DNA of 64,000 nucleotides. It comes from Vicugna vicugna. Its lineage: Eukaryota. The notes under the pieces were generated by a model, which saw only the letters and a program-made list of their open reading frames with translations, was not told where the DNA came from and searched no databases. Of the stretch, positions 24,605 to 39,055 are shown in pieces. The stretch's first letter is position 1. Every line of letters starts with the position of its first letter. Made by a program: the position numbers and the translations under genes. The DNA lies in the NCBI GenBank assembly GCA_013265495.1, contig MU058337.1, positions 374,001 to 438,000 on the forward strand, given 5' to 3'.

Positions 24605-25197
24605 GCATCATTTGAAATGTTTTATGCTGCAAGTTATAGAAGACCCAACTCAGAATGTTTTAAACAACAGAGTTAAGCTACTGGGTCTGAAACTAAAAAT
24701 CTGGCATCAAGAGAATCTTTACGTCAACATGGCCAGGGCCAAGATTCATCCTGACTCTTCCGTCTGCCTCCCTTGGGGTTGGTTCTGGTCTTGCCCTGCA
24801 GGGGATACACGGTCTCCCACACCACTGTCCTCTCTGGTCACTCCTCATGTAACAGTGAAAGGGCTTCAACAGTTCCAGACCCCAATTCCCACATCCTGTA
24901 GTTCATAAGAGGAGACAGGTTCTCTCCCAGTATCTTCTGTGGAAAGAAGAGGAAACTTCCTCCTCCCAGAAGACATTAGGAAGTCTCTCTTCACACTGCA
25001 TTGCTTTCCTTTGGCTACTGGACTTGCCCCGAGTGAACCGCTGTGACCAGGGAAGGGGCTGCACTGACTGGTGTAAGGCCATCAGTTCCCTTCTCTGACC
25101 CTTGCCACTAAAGTTGGCTCCTGCGGCAACCACATGGGCACAGTGGTTCCCGAAGTCTGGGTAACTGTGCTGGAAAGCTGACAACAGACTTACTGCA
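24605..25197 (-). mobile_element. Old MaLR LTR (MLT1K/J-like)
   Basis: ttatgctgcaagttatagaagacccaactcagaatgttttaaacaaca...cagttccaga...gaggaaacttcctcctcccagaag...gaaccgctgtgaccagggaagggg. Confidence 0.7.
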
Positions 25198-26714
25198 AAT
25201 CTCATTGTAAACTACCTTTGTGGTTGGCTTTGAGTGTTCTATTGGAAACATCCACGCTTAAATTCAGCCAGTTTCACCGAACAGATCGATTTACTTTGGG
25301 ACTTATTTTGGAAGTTAATTGGATCCTCCTCCAATAGGTTTGTTAAAGACTTCCTTATGTTTTCCTCAAATAATCCATGGATTAACCAATCGCTTAATGC
25401 TTTGTTTAGTGGAGGCTGGAATTTGTCTGGAATCTGTTTAGGCACGATGTTTTGGGGTGGGGGCGCCAAATCGTTCTGAGTTCTCACACTCTTCCTCGCT
25501 GTATTGCTCCTCCTCCTGGCCACACCTCCTCTGGGTCTGCAACATGACTTTCACTGTCCTCACTCATGGAAACCCAATCCAATTTATTTTAGGTTTTGGC
25601 TAAAGAGGCTAGGCCTTATTTTCATAACTGAGTTATGTTATTTTGCACTCTTTTATTCTCATATTATTGGAGAGACCAAACACAATTCTATTAGCAGCTT
25701 CTCTACACTGTACAAGATGGTAACTGTGATAACTGTTTTTAATTTCTTAACTAACTCTAGGCATTAAAGGAAACTTCCTCAATTAAAATTATAATAATGT
25801 CTTCAGAATAAAAAGACATTTAGGAAAATATATATGTGGTAATATCATTCTAAAAGAAAACAAAGGGGCCTTAATTCTTTTTGAAGGAGCAACAGTTCTT
25901 CTGAAAAATACTATTAGCCCAGAATCACCTTTTAGTGACTGGTCTATTTTTCATAATACACTTTGCTCTGCAAAAGTTGTCAGAATGACAGTTTGACTAC
26001 TTATTTCTTTCTGACTTTATCTTAAAGAAGTTTGAAAACCTCTGATATAGTTTCCTATTAATATCTTTGGGTAGACTGATAAATTTCTGAGGTCAAAGGG
26101 AATTCATAAATCATTCAGAAAATTCATACACCTCTCATTTTAATGGGACATTTACTCAGCAGAAACTATTGTGTATACAGATGGCAGACATGTGTTGTAC
26201 GAGTACACCTATCGCCTTTAATAAGCACGTACAGAATCCACAGCGGTTTTCTACTCACCAATCAATTCTCGATTCCTCTACACTCCGTGAAGTTCCTGTT
26301 TTATTACTTCTCTTTGGTCAAATGTTCATTTTAATGCTTTCTCTCTGTTTATCCACTATTTCTGTTTCAGGATCATATCTGGAAGTGTGAAGTCAGTAGG
26401 ATCAGAGAGCTCATGTTCAGAGACAGGGGAAGCTCTCGCTGAGTGTGTGAAGGAGAAGGATGTGGTACAGCCAGACAGGACTGGGCGGTGCAGGTGGACG
26501 CGCAGAGCAGTCATCCCCCAGGAAGGAAAAGCCGGGGTCACTGTGGTGGGAGTAGAAACGTCACTGCCCTTTCAATTTTGTGTGCTTATGGACGATGTAA
26601 TCATTCTTTTTCCTTTTTTTTTTCTTTTGTAGTGCTTAGACAAGCACCGCTTCAGGGTATAAAAGTAACCATATAATTATCTTTCACTTTAACAGCTGGA
26701 TTTTGAAAATGGTC

Positions 26715-26935
26715 TACAGTAACAATAGCCATTTCCATCCTATGAAGTTTTACATGTATAATTTCAACTAATAGTTCCAACAACCCTGCAAGTATTATTA
26801 TTATTAGGTCCATTTAACAGACGAGGAAAGAGAGGCTCAGAGCAGGTGAATGTATTTTCCAGGACCCACACCGTGGTGGGGGATGGACTCTCATCCAGGC
26901 CCCGTGATTCCAAATCGTGTTCTCTCAGTAACTCC
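26715..26935 (-). mobile_element. MIR SINE
   Basis: ttttacatgtataatttcaactaat...caacaaccctgcaag...catttaacagacgaggaaagagaggctcagagcaggtgaa. Confidence 0.8.
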
Positions 26936-28829
26936 CTCTCTAGCAACCATTCTAATCGAACAGTAAAACTTCATAAATTACTAGGAAACCAAGGGAAGTT
27001 CCACTTGAATTAGCATAATGTATCAATAATAGACTATCTAAAAACGGAAGGAAGTCATGTCATGTGAAAACTGGTCAAAAAAAGCATCACTGAATAGTTA
27101 CTTTGAGGGTACTTGCTCTATCGAAATATTAGAGTGATATTAAATTAGCAAGAATGCATCTAAAATATTTACGTGGTTTAAATACTATTCCCATAATTTA
27201 ATTTTATGACTTAGCTCACTGCACATGTATGAATTTTTATGTATACATTATTGTTTCAATTAATTAATGTTTATTCACACACGTGCCTATTCCATACGTC
27301 TTCAACAAGGTGTGTCATCTTGGCCTGGCTAGTCTGGCTGTTTTAATGCTGATTCTCTTCAACCGTATGAGAACCGCTTTGTGGGGCTATTACTGAAGTC
27401 ATATAAAGAAATTTGTCTGCGAAGAGAGATGTGGAGTGGGGAGCTCAGAGCCACACGGAGAGACGTCTGAGAGCTAATGATGATGGCTTTCACTAAATTA
27501 CCAGTTGATAGCCAGCATGCTGGGCACTGCTCCTTTCTCTTGATTGTGGGAATATTTCAAACCAACTCACCATAGTACGTGCAGGTGTGAACAGCTGAAC
27601 CCACCTTGATGAACTGCTATAGGTATTTGAGAATGGTTACTTTCCTCAGCTGGAAATTACAAATACTAATTGTAAAATGAACTTACATAGGCTACCATCC
27701 AAGAGTGCTCTGTATTATATAAAGATTCCACTGAAAGCCTGGAGTAGAAGGTTAAATAATTTCTGAGGACCAGGATATGAACAAATCTTTACCCAAATAC
27801 CACATATTTTTGAACTTGCAATTTAATAAATGCCTTTGTAGATGGGGAATCAAACAGATGAGGGATTTTAATAAAATTAAATGCTCAATGATATACTCTA
27901 CTTTGGAACAGGAAGTATTTTCCTCGAAAGGCTTATGTGAGACCTAATTTAAACTGTGCATTTGAGTGTGGGGTCTGTCAATTGGCAGCTTTCAGGAAAT
28001 ATGTCTCCTTGAAGAACACAATGAAGAGAAATTACAGAGTGGGAGACACCAGCGGTGAAAACAGCCCTATGCCTGGTTAGTCATCTAATTATCACCCTCT
28101 CGATAGAAGTATCTCTGTACAGTGAGTTCTCTGCAAATGAGTTTTGAGTTCTATAAATTACTTCATTCACTTACAAGAAAGCAGATAGTACCTTGCTGAG
28201 CAGAAACAAACAAACAGGGAAACAACATGTGCTGTCATCTTGGTCATCTGCTTTAGTGACTTAGTTTAAAATCTATTTCTAACAGTTGTTATTTTGATGG
28301 TTTCATCACTTTACCCATGATTATCATTATTTTAGGTATTTCTTTTTAAGAGATTATTTCCCGGACTATTTGATTGTTTCTGTTAAATGTACTTTAAGTG
28401 TCAGTCCTCAGGTTTCTTCCCACAAGCACACATACATTTTACTTGATTTACAGACGCTTTGTAGCGATTCCTTGTTCCTTCTCCATAGGATTATCCTATT
28501 TTAGAGAAGGGATCATATGCCCCCAAAGCTCCATATTTGCTGTTATTTATTTCCAACGATCATCCAACAAATAAACATCAAAGAAGTGGAAAACAGCATT
28601 TCATATAGCAGACATATCGAGTCCTAAAGTGACGTAGCATTAAAAATAGGAGGTATCATAGATAAATGTTAATGATTGCACATTTCCTGCAAGATTAATA
28701 AGCCTTTAATCTTGTCATTTTTTCAAGGGCTTGGTGCCCTTTCTAGAGTGAATTAAGCCTTGTTCTTTATCACAGGATTTGACTAAAAGTTTAATTATTG
28801 ATACAATACAACCTTATTATAACATAGCT

Positions 28830-29340
28830 CATTATTCAAGTCAGATCTACTAATATATATTAAGCACCCATTTCCCACTGGAGCTATGCAAGGTGCTTAG
28901 GGACACAAATTTAGAAGCGAGAGACAAAATCTCGCAATCTTCAGGGTTTCTAATGTATCTCTATATATTAGCCCAAAGATAGAATAATCACATATTGCAA
29001 AAATCTGACATGATATAAAGACATATGATCTCATGGAGGAGGCAGCTGCAGAAGTGGGTAATTGTAATATTGTATCTTTCTTCCTTAGTTGGTGGCCTGC
29101 TCAGGTGATGTGGAATGGCGCTCAATCCATTCGAAGTTTCAGAAAGTCATCACTGGCTGAGTGACACCGTATCTGCATGGAGAGAGAATCTGTCTAGGCA
29201 ATGAAAGTATGGGGGGATTTCAGGGAGCAATGCCTCATGAGCAAGATGGGAACAGCGTGTGCTTGGATGCAGAACTCTTAACTGTTCAATACAGAGGAGG
29301 GTAAAATGGTTGCAAACGAGGCTGGAAAGCTGAGGATTAC
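28830..29340 (-). mobile_element. L2 fragment
   Basis: aatatatattaagcaccc...gctatgcaaggtgcttagggacacaaa...tcagaaagtcatcactggctgagtgaca...gaggctggaaag. Confidence 0.55.
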
Positions 29341-30934
29341 CTTATGTGTATTTATTGAATTTAACTGGGCTTTGTTGTGGTAACACATCCAAATATGGGA
29401 TCAACTACAAGCTGATTTCTCAGTCAGGTACAGTCTGCTAGAAATGGAGGCAAATCACCAGCACTGTTACAGAATACAGAACATCACACTGCCACTCCAG
29501 ATTTATGAGGCAGAGGATAGGCACCAGAATCTAGGACCCTGAGAAAGAAACAGATTTTCTAACAGAGACTCAGCCCTACAGGAGAGCACAGTGTCCGGGA
29601 CACACAGATTGAACCCCACGCTGGAGCACACGAGAGGCCGGTTCCCAAGGCTATCACGAGGGACTGCAGTGAGGAGACCTACAGAGCAAATCCCTCGTCT
29701 TCTACCTGCCCCGCCCCGCCTGAGTCTCAGCCCGGTCACAGGTGGCATTCCTTAGGAGCCTGAGATGGGTTTTAAGCCAATGTAGCCTGAATTTCAAAGG
29801 ACATCTGGGTTACTATTAACAGAATGCCAGACTTGAAGAGTGGTCTCAGTCACCTTTAGTTTTCCCTCAAACCCCAGCCCATCATGGTTGGAGGAAAGAA
29901 TACTCACTAGCTGGCAAACTAAAGTGACAGTGACTTGAAGGCACAAGAAGCCCGTGCATTTGATCATCCAGGTTTCAGGGAAGGGTGTAGCAAGTTAGTG
30001 CATTGCATGTCAGCCTGAAAGAATTTTTACCTTTTTACGGAGGGTTCCAACAGTTTTTATTCTTAAAATGCATTAAGCAACTAATTATATCTATACTATT
30101 AAAGTCAACTGTTTGCATACTTCATGATCAGGGCTTGTATTTTAATATCTTATTTCTAACTGTGGTTGTAACTTCCTCAAATTCAAGAGCCTTGTTTTAT
30201 ATCCGTATCCTGGCCATACTGCTAGTAATCCTCCATACATCTTTGGGCATGTGGATGATGGCCTGGGAACAAGAGTCCTGTTTTGCCTTATTTATCATTT
30301 TGCGTGCGGTAGTTGTTTTTTCTGTTCATCTTAGACCTGGTTTTGAATTATCTTAGACAAGAACTTGCCCTTGGAAATTGAGAATATCTGGGGACACATG
30401 TGAACTTATCTTCTGGTCGGAGCTCTAAGGGAGTGGGACACAGTTCAGCTTTATTTTAATGGTACGTTGTGCTTAAAAGATAGGAAAAAAATAAGAAGGA
30501 ACTTTTTATCCTAATCATGAATGGCCCTGAGTCAGAACCCTGCCTTCTGCAGCATGTGAACATCAGGCAGACAGAACAGACAACTCGAAAGGCAGACCTC
30601 GACCTCATTAGAGAATAAACGCAGGAGGAAATGATGTCGGTGCGGCTGCGGGAAGCGGGATGAGAAAGCACAGGGAAGCGAAGCTGGAGGGACACTGAGA
30701 GAAGGGCAGCCCCGCGAGGCCCCTCGGCAGGACCAGCGCTAACAGAGCCAAGAAAGGGCCTTGATTTCTGCTGTCTCCCCGCGTGTGCGGATTAATTTCC
30801 CATGCTTCCCGTTTCACAAAATGGAAGTTAAGATAAATTAAAGAACATTTGCCTGGAGATAACTCAGGGTTGAATAACATTAAATAGGTTAAGAGTTTGC
30901 TTCTCTCAGATGTGCGGGCTGCATCGCTTTTAGC

Positions 30935-31015
30935 CACTTCACATCTCAAGTGCTTAGCACAATTCTTCACACATAATAAACGTCTGGTAGGTGTTTGTTG
31001 AATGACTGAATGGAA
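30935..31015 (+). mobile_element. L2 3' terminus
   Basis: atctcaagtgcttagcacaatt...gtttgttgaatgactgaatg. Confidence 0.6.
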
Positions 31016-31472
31016 ACACATATTTGCAAATGATGAGAGCCAAAACTGGTTACTTTTAATAAGTGGAGAATATATATGTACAGCAAGTCAATAATGGATG
31101 ATAAAATAGAAAAGGAAACTCCGAGAGTTTTCAAAGGAAGAAGTGCAATGAAAAGTAAAAGTACGAAATGTTCCATTGTGTCACAAATTAAAAATAAAAG
31201 CATTCATTTTCAGTTTTTACTTACCAGTTAGAAGTTTGTCTGTGCTGAGAGACTCCCCTGTCACAAATGCCTGGCTTTGTAAAGCAAGGTAGTGGAATGC
31301 AGACCCTGAAGCTGGGTTGACTGGTGTTGAGCTCAGCACTAGTTGTTAGCTTGGAGGGGCCTCCATGTCCTCATCTGTGAAGGGACACACGGGGTTGAGA
31401 GAGCCCCTTTCATCTTACTATTGGATTCACGAGTTCAGAACTAAACAATCAACACCAACACTAAGCAACCTA

Positions 31473-31778
31473 CAGTCGTCCCTCAGAATCTGCAGGGCAC
31501 TGGTTCCAGGACCAGCCATGGGCACCCAAAACTGCAGGTGCTCAAGTCCCTTATATACAGTGGCATGTATTTGCATATAACCTAAACACATCCTTCTGTA
31601 CACTTTAAGTTATCTCTAGATTACTTATAATACCTAATGTAATGTAAATGCTATATAAACAGTTGCTGGGGCAGCAAATTCAGGTTCTGCGTTTTGTAAC
31701 TTCCTGCAATGATTTTTGAAGATTTTCAATCTGCAGTTGTTTGATGCCTGCAGATGTGGAAGCCAAGGAGGCCGAGTG
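31473..31778 (+). mobile_element. Tigger-family MITE (MER2/MER2B-like)
   Basis: ta-cagtcgtccctcagaatctgcagggcactggttccaggacc...gctcaagtcccttatata...atttgcatataacctaaacacatcct...tctctagattacttataatacctaatg. Confidence 0.85.
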
Positions 31779-32119
31779 CATTATCAATTAGAGGGGGACC
31801 ATAAGAAGGCAGATGAGATTCTGGACACAGTGAAAGAAGTCAGTGAGGGTCAATTTGAGCAACTGCACTGGTGGAAAAGCTAAACAAACAGGGAAAAAAC
31901 AGACAGCACCGGCAGGTCGTGTCTCCCTGAGATGATGCAGAGAGCACCGCTGTGCGGCCCGCGCCTCAGCCGGGAGGGGACCCGGGGACTGTGCAGCTGG
32001 CTCAGGGGTTTTCCGTCAGGCCATTAATCATCTTGGATGTTGAGGGTAATGAGAAATGTCTAGTTTAGCTCCTGCACGAGTTTTCCCAAGGCAGCACGAA
32101 CTCAGAATTCTAGAACCAG

Positions 32120-32245
32120 AGGGGTACTATCGATCCTCATTTCTCAGAAGAGAAACTTGAGACTCAGAGAAGTAAACAGACGTTCTTAAGTTCCTGCAGC
32201 GAGGTAATGTTAGACCTGGGGCCAAGACACGAAACAGGATCTGAA
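32120..32245 (-). mobile_element. MIR fragment
   Basis: actatcgatcctcatttctcagaagagaaacttgagactcagagaagtaaa. Confidence 0.65.
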
Positions 32246-34565
32246 TGATTAAAATCATATATTTAGTCGAAATTTTGCACTGGCTCTTGTAAACCAGGCA
32301 CGGGATGCCGGGCATGGGACATTTCGTAATGACTTTTCTCCCTCTCTCGTGCCCCTACCTGGTCTACCCTTTAGCCAAATCTCCTCCCTTTCCCGGCCCC
32401 ATTTCCTCTTCTTATATGGCCACTGGCTGAAAGTGGCAATACTAATTGAGGATTGATGAGCTAATACTGGAAACTTAATGCGGGGTTTTAGAGACTAAAC
32501 TCTCTCTTGGATGCAAAGAATGGAGCTATGATTTGAAGCGACAAGGTGCGGGCCTGTTGTGTTACAGCTGCAAGAGGCGACACTGTCTCCTGTAGGTAAT
32601 GGAGGCAGGAAATAGATCTCACTCACCGGGTGATTTATCCAAGGGATTTTCGACCTGGGTGCTACAAGTGTTGCTCCTGCTGCTTATTAAAAAATCATGC
32701 CTGAGGATGGGAATAAGTAAAGGAAAGACTCAACAAAAATAAATCGTGACTCGCTGGTTTGGACGGCTCCCAGCTCTCCAGGTGCTAGAATTAAAAATGG
32801 CTTCTGAGTAAGTATCTAATCCAGAGCACCATCGGGGAGGCTGGCAGAGAGATGATGCTGAGGGTGTGAAACGCTCAGTGAAGCCTTGGAGAGACCAACC
32901 TTCTGTCAGGCAGAGGGCCCTCTAAGGCCACGACGGGGTGCTCACCATCCTCCACCTCACACCAGACTTTGGACTTCCAGGAAATTTGGGGGTGTTCCTC
33001 AGGCTGTTCAGAAGAAGCCCAAGGACTTATTTTTTATGCAATCTGGGTAAAATGCTGCAGGGTTCCGGGACTTGACTCCTAGCAAGGGTGCTAACCAAGT
33101 GGCCAAGTGGTCAGGCTCCCTGGCGGCCCTGAATGTGCCTCTCTCTCCCACAGAGACGCCAGCAAGGCAAGGGAGAGCCTGGAAGCTGTGCGTCCCGGGC
33201 TCATCCCATAACGGTCTTTTCCTCCTCCAGAGTCAGGGGAGCTCAGCCGCTGTGCCCTCCTTCAAAGCCAGCGCCTCCTATGTACTCTCCGGGGTCCGTC
33301 TTCGCCGCGCCTGCAGTGGAATGGACTCCTGTCTTCCCAGTTCTCCCTCATGCTCAAACAAGTGAGTACAGGGAGCACTTTCTCTGTAAAGAGATTTCTC
33401 TGCCAAACTGTCTGGACAAAGAGGCCGAGAAGACAAACCAAAACAACGTGGGACACTCACAGAAGGACTAGAGTTTACACCTGCACATCTACACGTGGAC
33501 CCCTGGCATGTCTGCCATCCAGGAGTCCCTAAGCAGCACAGATTCCAGGACTTAGGAACACTTCCGTGCACAAGTTGTGCTCAGGCTTAAAAGGCATATT
33601 TTTAGTAACATGCCTTGGAGATTTTACATGCAAATGTTCATAATGTATTTACTTCTTTAAAAGTTAAAACCAGCATGTATTTATAACCCGGTTTAAAAGT
33701 ATACACGTATATATATACACATACACGTAGACATATAACACACCCTTCTCAAGTGCAACATAGACCATTTATAAAAATTGTGGCTGAGTCAGAAAGCAGG
33801 TATTAGCAAAGAAATGCCAAATAAAGTCACTGGTACCATACGTTCCTGACCCCAATGCAACTTCTTAAAAAAGAAATAAGGCAACTAAAGGAAGATCTCA
33901 AGTTTATAAACAGAAACATAGCCCTCAATAACATGGACTTACATTCCACAAAGCTGACCTGACTGCCAACATTGCTGAGGGCCACTCTGCCAAAGCAGGG
34001 CCCCTCTGAGCCCCTGAGCAGGCTCCACCCCCTTGGGCGACATCAGCTGCCTGCGGGCAGGGTCACTCCATGGCCCATTTCCATGACAGTGGGGCTGTGA
34101 TTCCTTTCTGCTGAACCATGTATTTCCTTTGGTTATGGGTTTGACTTCCATGCCTGCTACATCTCTTTCAGGACCACCACTGTGAACTTACGGATGCCTT
34201 CCACCTTTCATAGCATTCCATACATTATTTCCGATCAAGTCTCAGTCTCTAACACTCCCTCCTCTTTTTTCTTTCTTTCTTTCTTTTTTTTTAGTGGCAA
34301 AATAAATGAAGCAGTAGACTTAACCTCTGGTATCCACTCAGGTTACGTACCCAATTGTTACAAGCAGTGGGCTCCGTGACAGTTCAGTTACAGCATCAAT
34401 TTGGAAAAAGCATCTTGTGAGTGTGGGATGTTGCCCCACAGGCTTTGGTATACGTTGGAAAGATCAATGGAGAGAGAATTCTGTCTCCTCCATACCCAGA
34501 ACATTGGATCTGGGAACCCAAGGCTGAAAGAAGCAACAGCACCTGTGGGGCCCGTATGCAAACTA

Positions 34566-34785
34566 CAGTTGATCCTTGAACAACACGGGTTTGAACTGCG
34601 AGGGTCCACTTATATGCGGGTTTTTTTTTTTTTTCAGTAAATACTGTAGTACTGCACAGTCTGGGGTTGGCTGAATCCGTGGATGTGGAACCACAGGTAT
34701 GGGGCTGACTGCAAAGTTGCACTTGGAGTTTGGGCTGAGCAGGGAGTCAGTGCCCCTCACCGCTGTGTCGTTCAAGGGTCAACTG
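34566..34785. mobile_element. Tigger2-family MITE with intact terminal inverted repeats
   Basis: CAGTTGATCCTTGAACAACACGGG ... CGCTGTGTCGTTCAAGGGTCAACTG, preceded by TA (the right flank is TG). Confidence 0.88.
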
Positions 34786-36504
34786 TGCACGTTTTCTATC
34801 ACCACGAACTTGGGCTTTCCTCTGCCAGAACTCCAGGGTCTGCAGGAGCAATGATTCATCCCCGGACACACAGTGTTTACACTGAGACTGTGGACTTGCC
34901 AGTTTGGGTTTCTCATGCCATGGATCCAGTAGGCCCCCAAATATGCAATGTCAACTGGTCATGTTAATCCTGACCAGCACGGGAAGTAGGCTGCTGCAGG
35001 GGTAGGATGAATGTGTTAGAATCTTAGAGAATCATTCTAATGCCATGTCCAATGGCACAAATCCACGGAAAACGTCAGCAAGTCCATACAGGCCATTAGG
35101 GGCTCAGACCCTGTGAAATAAAGCTGTGAGTTTCCCACCCTGACCCTCCCCCTGATAAAGGATTCACCCCAGTTATAATTCTGCCTAGGGCAATGGATCC
35201 ATGAAATGGGTGGAGAGAGAACACATTTTACATGTCAATTAATCATGATCTCTCGATAACTGCAGAAAGGAAGTAATTATCTCTATTTTCATTTTTGCTA
35301 TCTTAAGCACATATTTGTAAAAATTGAACAATTTCTCTTTCCCTTTATTATGCCATGAATAAAAGTTCTTTTCATGGGGGTTAGCCATTTCATTTCTTAG
35401 GTTATAGGCTAGTAAAGTGGGATTATGACTGACCTGGAAAAGGAAAGGCTGTAATCCAGAGATGTGCTCAGTGATTGACAGGGCTGTGATTTCCCTCTAC
35501 GGGAGTGGGGGAGCTATCTGAAAGTGCAAATGTCCATGGAAGAGTGTGCATACACGCTGGTGTTTCACCAGCACTCGACACTCTTTAGTAACAAATTTAT
35601 TGCTTAAATTGTTGGAGGGGTTCCATTTCCTGTATCTGAACCTTTACTGGCACAATTTTTAATGAGGAAATGCTGGGAGAATTCCCCTTAACATTAGGAA
35701 GGAGACAGCATGACTGTGCTTACTACTTCTGTTCACTACAGAGAGTGGAGAAAGGCAAGACAAAGAAATAGAATTTAGAAAATTTTGAAAGAAGAAATAA
35801 AACTCGTATACTGCAGAGAGGAGCGCAAATTTGAAACACCTGCTGTTGACCCAGAGCATGTCTCCCAGGTCTGTCCCTGAGAAATTCTCATTCATGGATA
35901 CTAATATCCATACCAACACTTTTTGCAGTAACACAGAACTGATTATAAAAGTCATAGATATCACTGAGCTGAAAACTCTAACCTTTTCCTCACCCATCAA
36001 TATATCGAACAAAATATTTCACCAATAGGCACGTGTCATTAAAGTGCACATTTTGCACAAGGCAGCTCTTTCTGTTTTTGCTTGAGCAGCTCTACTATTA
36101 GAGAAAAGTGAAAAAGTCTTTGTATTTAGACAGAGTGAGTGTAAACTCTCTCCAGCTTCAAATTATTGATACTAGTTCCAACTTCATAAATTCTAGATTT
36201 AGTCCCTCTCCTACATTTAAATAATGATGTAATGATTCATGTTTTCTCTTTTGTGGCTAAAAATAACCTACATTTACATAGCATAGTTTGCAGATATCTT
36301 GAATTCTGGCTATTAACCTCCATTCAGTATGTTCATGTTTCTTTTTTCACCTTAATTTTCATGTTGAAAACATTACTATGTCCTATTGGACACTCTTGGT
36401 GTGCACATGGCAGTTCAAAAGTAGAGTATTAATCACATACTTTCTTCTAGATAATACTTGTCTATTAATTTATTCTTATTCATGAGGATTAGCCCATAGG
36501 AGCC

Positions 36505-37200
36505 ATGTTGCATTGCTGACCCCATGTTCTGTTTCACTCTTCCCTAACTTCACTCTGCTAGAGGACCTCGCTAATACAGTCAATAGTGGATTAGAATAAC
36601 CACTTCCATCTGTGAGAGGAGAATTAACTTTGCTGTTTAAGACTGGCATCTCTTGTTCTTAGGGGAGACTTTTCCTCTGTTCTTCACTTCCCTGTATCTG
36701 TAAGCACCCAAAGTCACTTCCCCTCAATATCCCATCCTGTAACTTCCCAGCCCAACAACCGACCTCCCCAGACCCTGATTTGTACTCCATATACTTCACT
36801 GGAGATGGGACTCCCACTAACTCGTTTGATTGTGGCTCCAATAACCTGTCTGTCCTTTGGACATTTCTTTCTCCACGTGGACTAAAGCATGACCTGAATT
36901 GTAGACCCTGAAGGATGCTACTTAATACCAATGGGAGCCTGTGAAACTAGGAAATTTGATTTGTTTGATACACCTCATCACTTCAATCAGCCTTTTTGGA
37001 TAGTGACACTGTCCCGGGACACATCTTCTGTGGCCTGGAGGACTTTGCCATTTTTCTTTCCGGTCTTGCTTCCCCATGAAGGACGTTTGCTCCACTGCAG
37101 AATAAAGCTCTGTGGATACCCTAGTGCTCCAGAATGAATCACTGTACCCTTGAGTTCCCGCCATTTCTCTGCACCTAGTTATTTTTCCTTTTATATACAT
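36505..37200 (+). mobile_element. Possible old LTR
   Basis: Starts with TGTT, is pyrimidine-rich, and has AATAAA at 37101 about 100 nt from the apparent end. Family not recognised. Confidence 0.3.
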
Positions 37201-38294
37201 AGCCATTGATATTTTGTTAGGAACAGCCTGTACAACTACAAGCCTCTTCAAATAGATCATTTTTCCTTGGTGGGGTCATGTGTTAGTAAATCTCCACAAT
37301 TTTATCATGGGAGCCTCCTATCACTCTTGAGTCATTCTCCTTTTTAAAGTCGCCTGCTGTTGGAACCCCATGTGCTCTTTGATGTTTAGAGAGACCCTGA
37401 ATCTTTTAATCCATTGGATTCAACTACAATTGCTGTTTAGACAAAAGTGAATAAAACACTGTGCCTTTGAAGGCTCAAGTCCAGTTAGGTTAACAGGAAA
37501 TGGAGACAGTGCCTTACAAGATAAATTGGTAAGGGATCTGCACAATGCTCTTAGCAAGTATGTGAAGGCACAGAAGAAAGAACAAGCCACTATGCAGAGG
37601 TTTTGAAAAGTGAATAGGAATTTGTCAAGTACAGAAAATGGCGGCGCGTTCCCGACCAGTGAGGCAGGGCACGTAAAAGCCCTGCTGTGGGGAAAAGCCC
37701 ACGTGCCCAGGGGCGGGGAAGACCCATGCGGCTGAGCGATGCTGTAGTAGATGGGAGCGATCAGAAGGACAGTAGGAGCGAGATTATGAAGAACGTCAGT
37801 TTTCCTGCGAGAGTGTGCCTCTCATAACACAAGATCCACATAAGATTCTTCAACAAGGAAATGCTAAAATCCATGTTCTTGAAAAATGCTCCAAGATATT
37901 ATAGTTAATTTGGGGGAATTCTAGTATTTCACTTTTATAAGACGGGTGGATTGAAACAACGATTTTCCGAAAGCACGTAAACCCACTGTGGTGGTTGTTG
38001 GGCAAGACCGGCATATGTTGAAAATCACAGTTTATATGGTTAACGTGTTCTGAACACTTTCACCCCCTACCTCTCCCCGAGTACTTCCCACGCCTGTATT
38101 CACATTCCAAGTTCAGCCACAAGTAGCAGATTGATGGACAGCAGCTGAAACTGCATTTTAAAACTTATTTTTGGACTATGAGAGAGACTGAGTATTTTCT
38201 CAACTTTGTAAGAGGCCTCTAGATGATCCTAGCTTATCTTCTCGTGCTCCCTGGATCCTCTGCAAAGACGGGTTGTCTGTAAATAAGGTTTGAA

Positions 38295-38390
38295 CGCAGG
38301 AGGTATCTTGCTCACTGTTGAATCACAAAGACCTGTCACAGGGTCTAGAAACTAGGGGACACTCAGTAATAGTTATTAAATGAATGAAAA
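38295..38390 (+). mobile_element. L2 3' terminus
   Basis: tatcttgctcactgttgaatc...cacagggtctagaaactaggggacactcagtaatagttattaaatgaatgaa. Confidence 0.7.
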
Positions 38391-39019
38391 GAACAAACAG
38401 CCTCACTGAATCACAATCTCGCCTTGGCAGCAGTTGGGGAGGAGTCACACGTGGAGTTGTAAAAGTGACATAAGATTCTAACAGGTTTGTATCAGGCTGG
38501 TATGTAGTCAAGCCTGAATCAACCCTAAAACCTGCTCTTGAAATAATTCAGTTCCTCCTTCCTGCAGGGACTGTCAGAGACACAGAGGACAAGCCTTTCA
38601 GAAGGAGAATTTTCTAAATTCATGAACTAATTAAAGCTCAAACACAAGTTTAAAGATTCCAAAAGGTTTTAGGAAAAAGTGACCTTCTACTACTTGTGTT
38701 TTTCATTCTTTCCTTCTTGGATGTATTTTACTTTGTGTATTACATACATATATTCCTTATATTTATCTGAGGCATGGATGTGTAAACAGTCACAATGACT
38801 GAGAAAAGAGTAACGTCTAAATGAAATGCAGTAGAGGACAGAGAAACAGGAAGTACTTACTTGACACTATCTCCTTGTTTTCTGAGTCTCACGCATCTTT
38901 GAAACAGTTAATGTTTAGTCTCTTTTTATTTATATACTAATCAAGAATTTGTTATTTGATATAGCATCTGATATTTGATATAAATTAAGTTTAGGATTGA
39001 ATGAAATTAGTTTTCCTCG

Positions 39020-39055
39020 TATATATATATATACGTTTTATATATATATATATAT
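39020..39055. repeat. Interrupted (TA)n microsatellite
   Basis: tatatatatatata cgttt tatatatatatatatat. Confidence 0.9.

Noticed and set aside
25239..25523. 94-aa protein-looking ORF (MARRRSNTARK...LEEDPINFQ...)
   Set aside because: Non-ATG start, no recognisable family, no clear splice or retrocopy hallmarks. A tblastn search would be needed to revive it.
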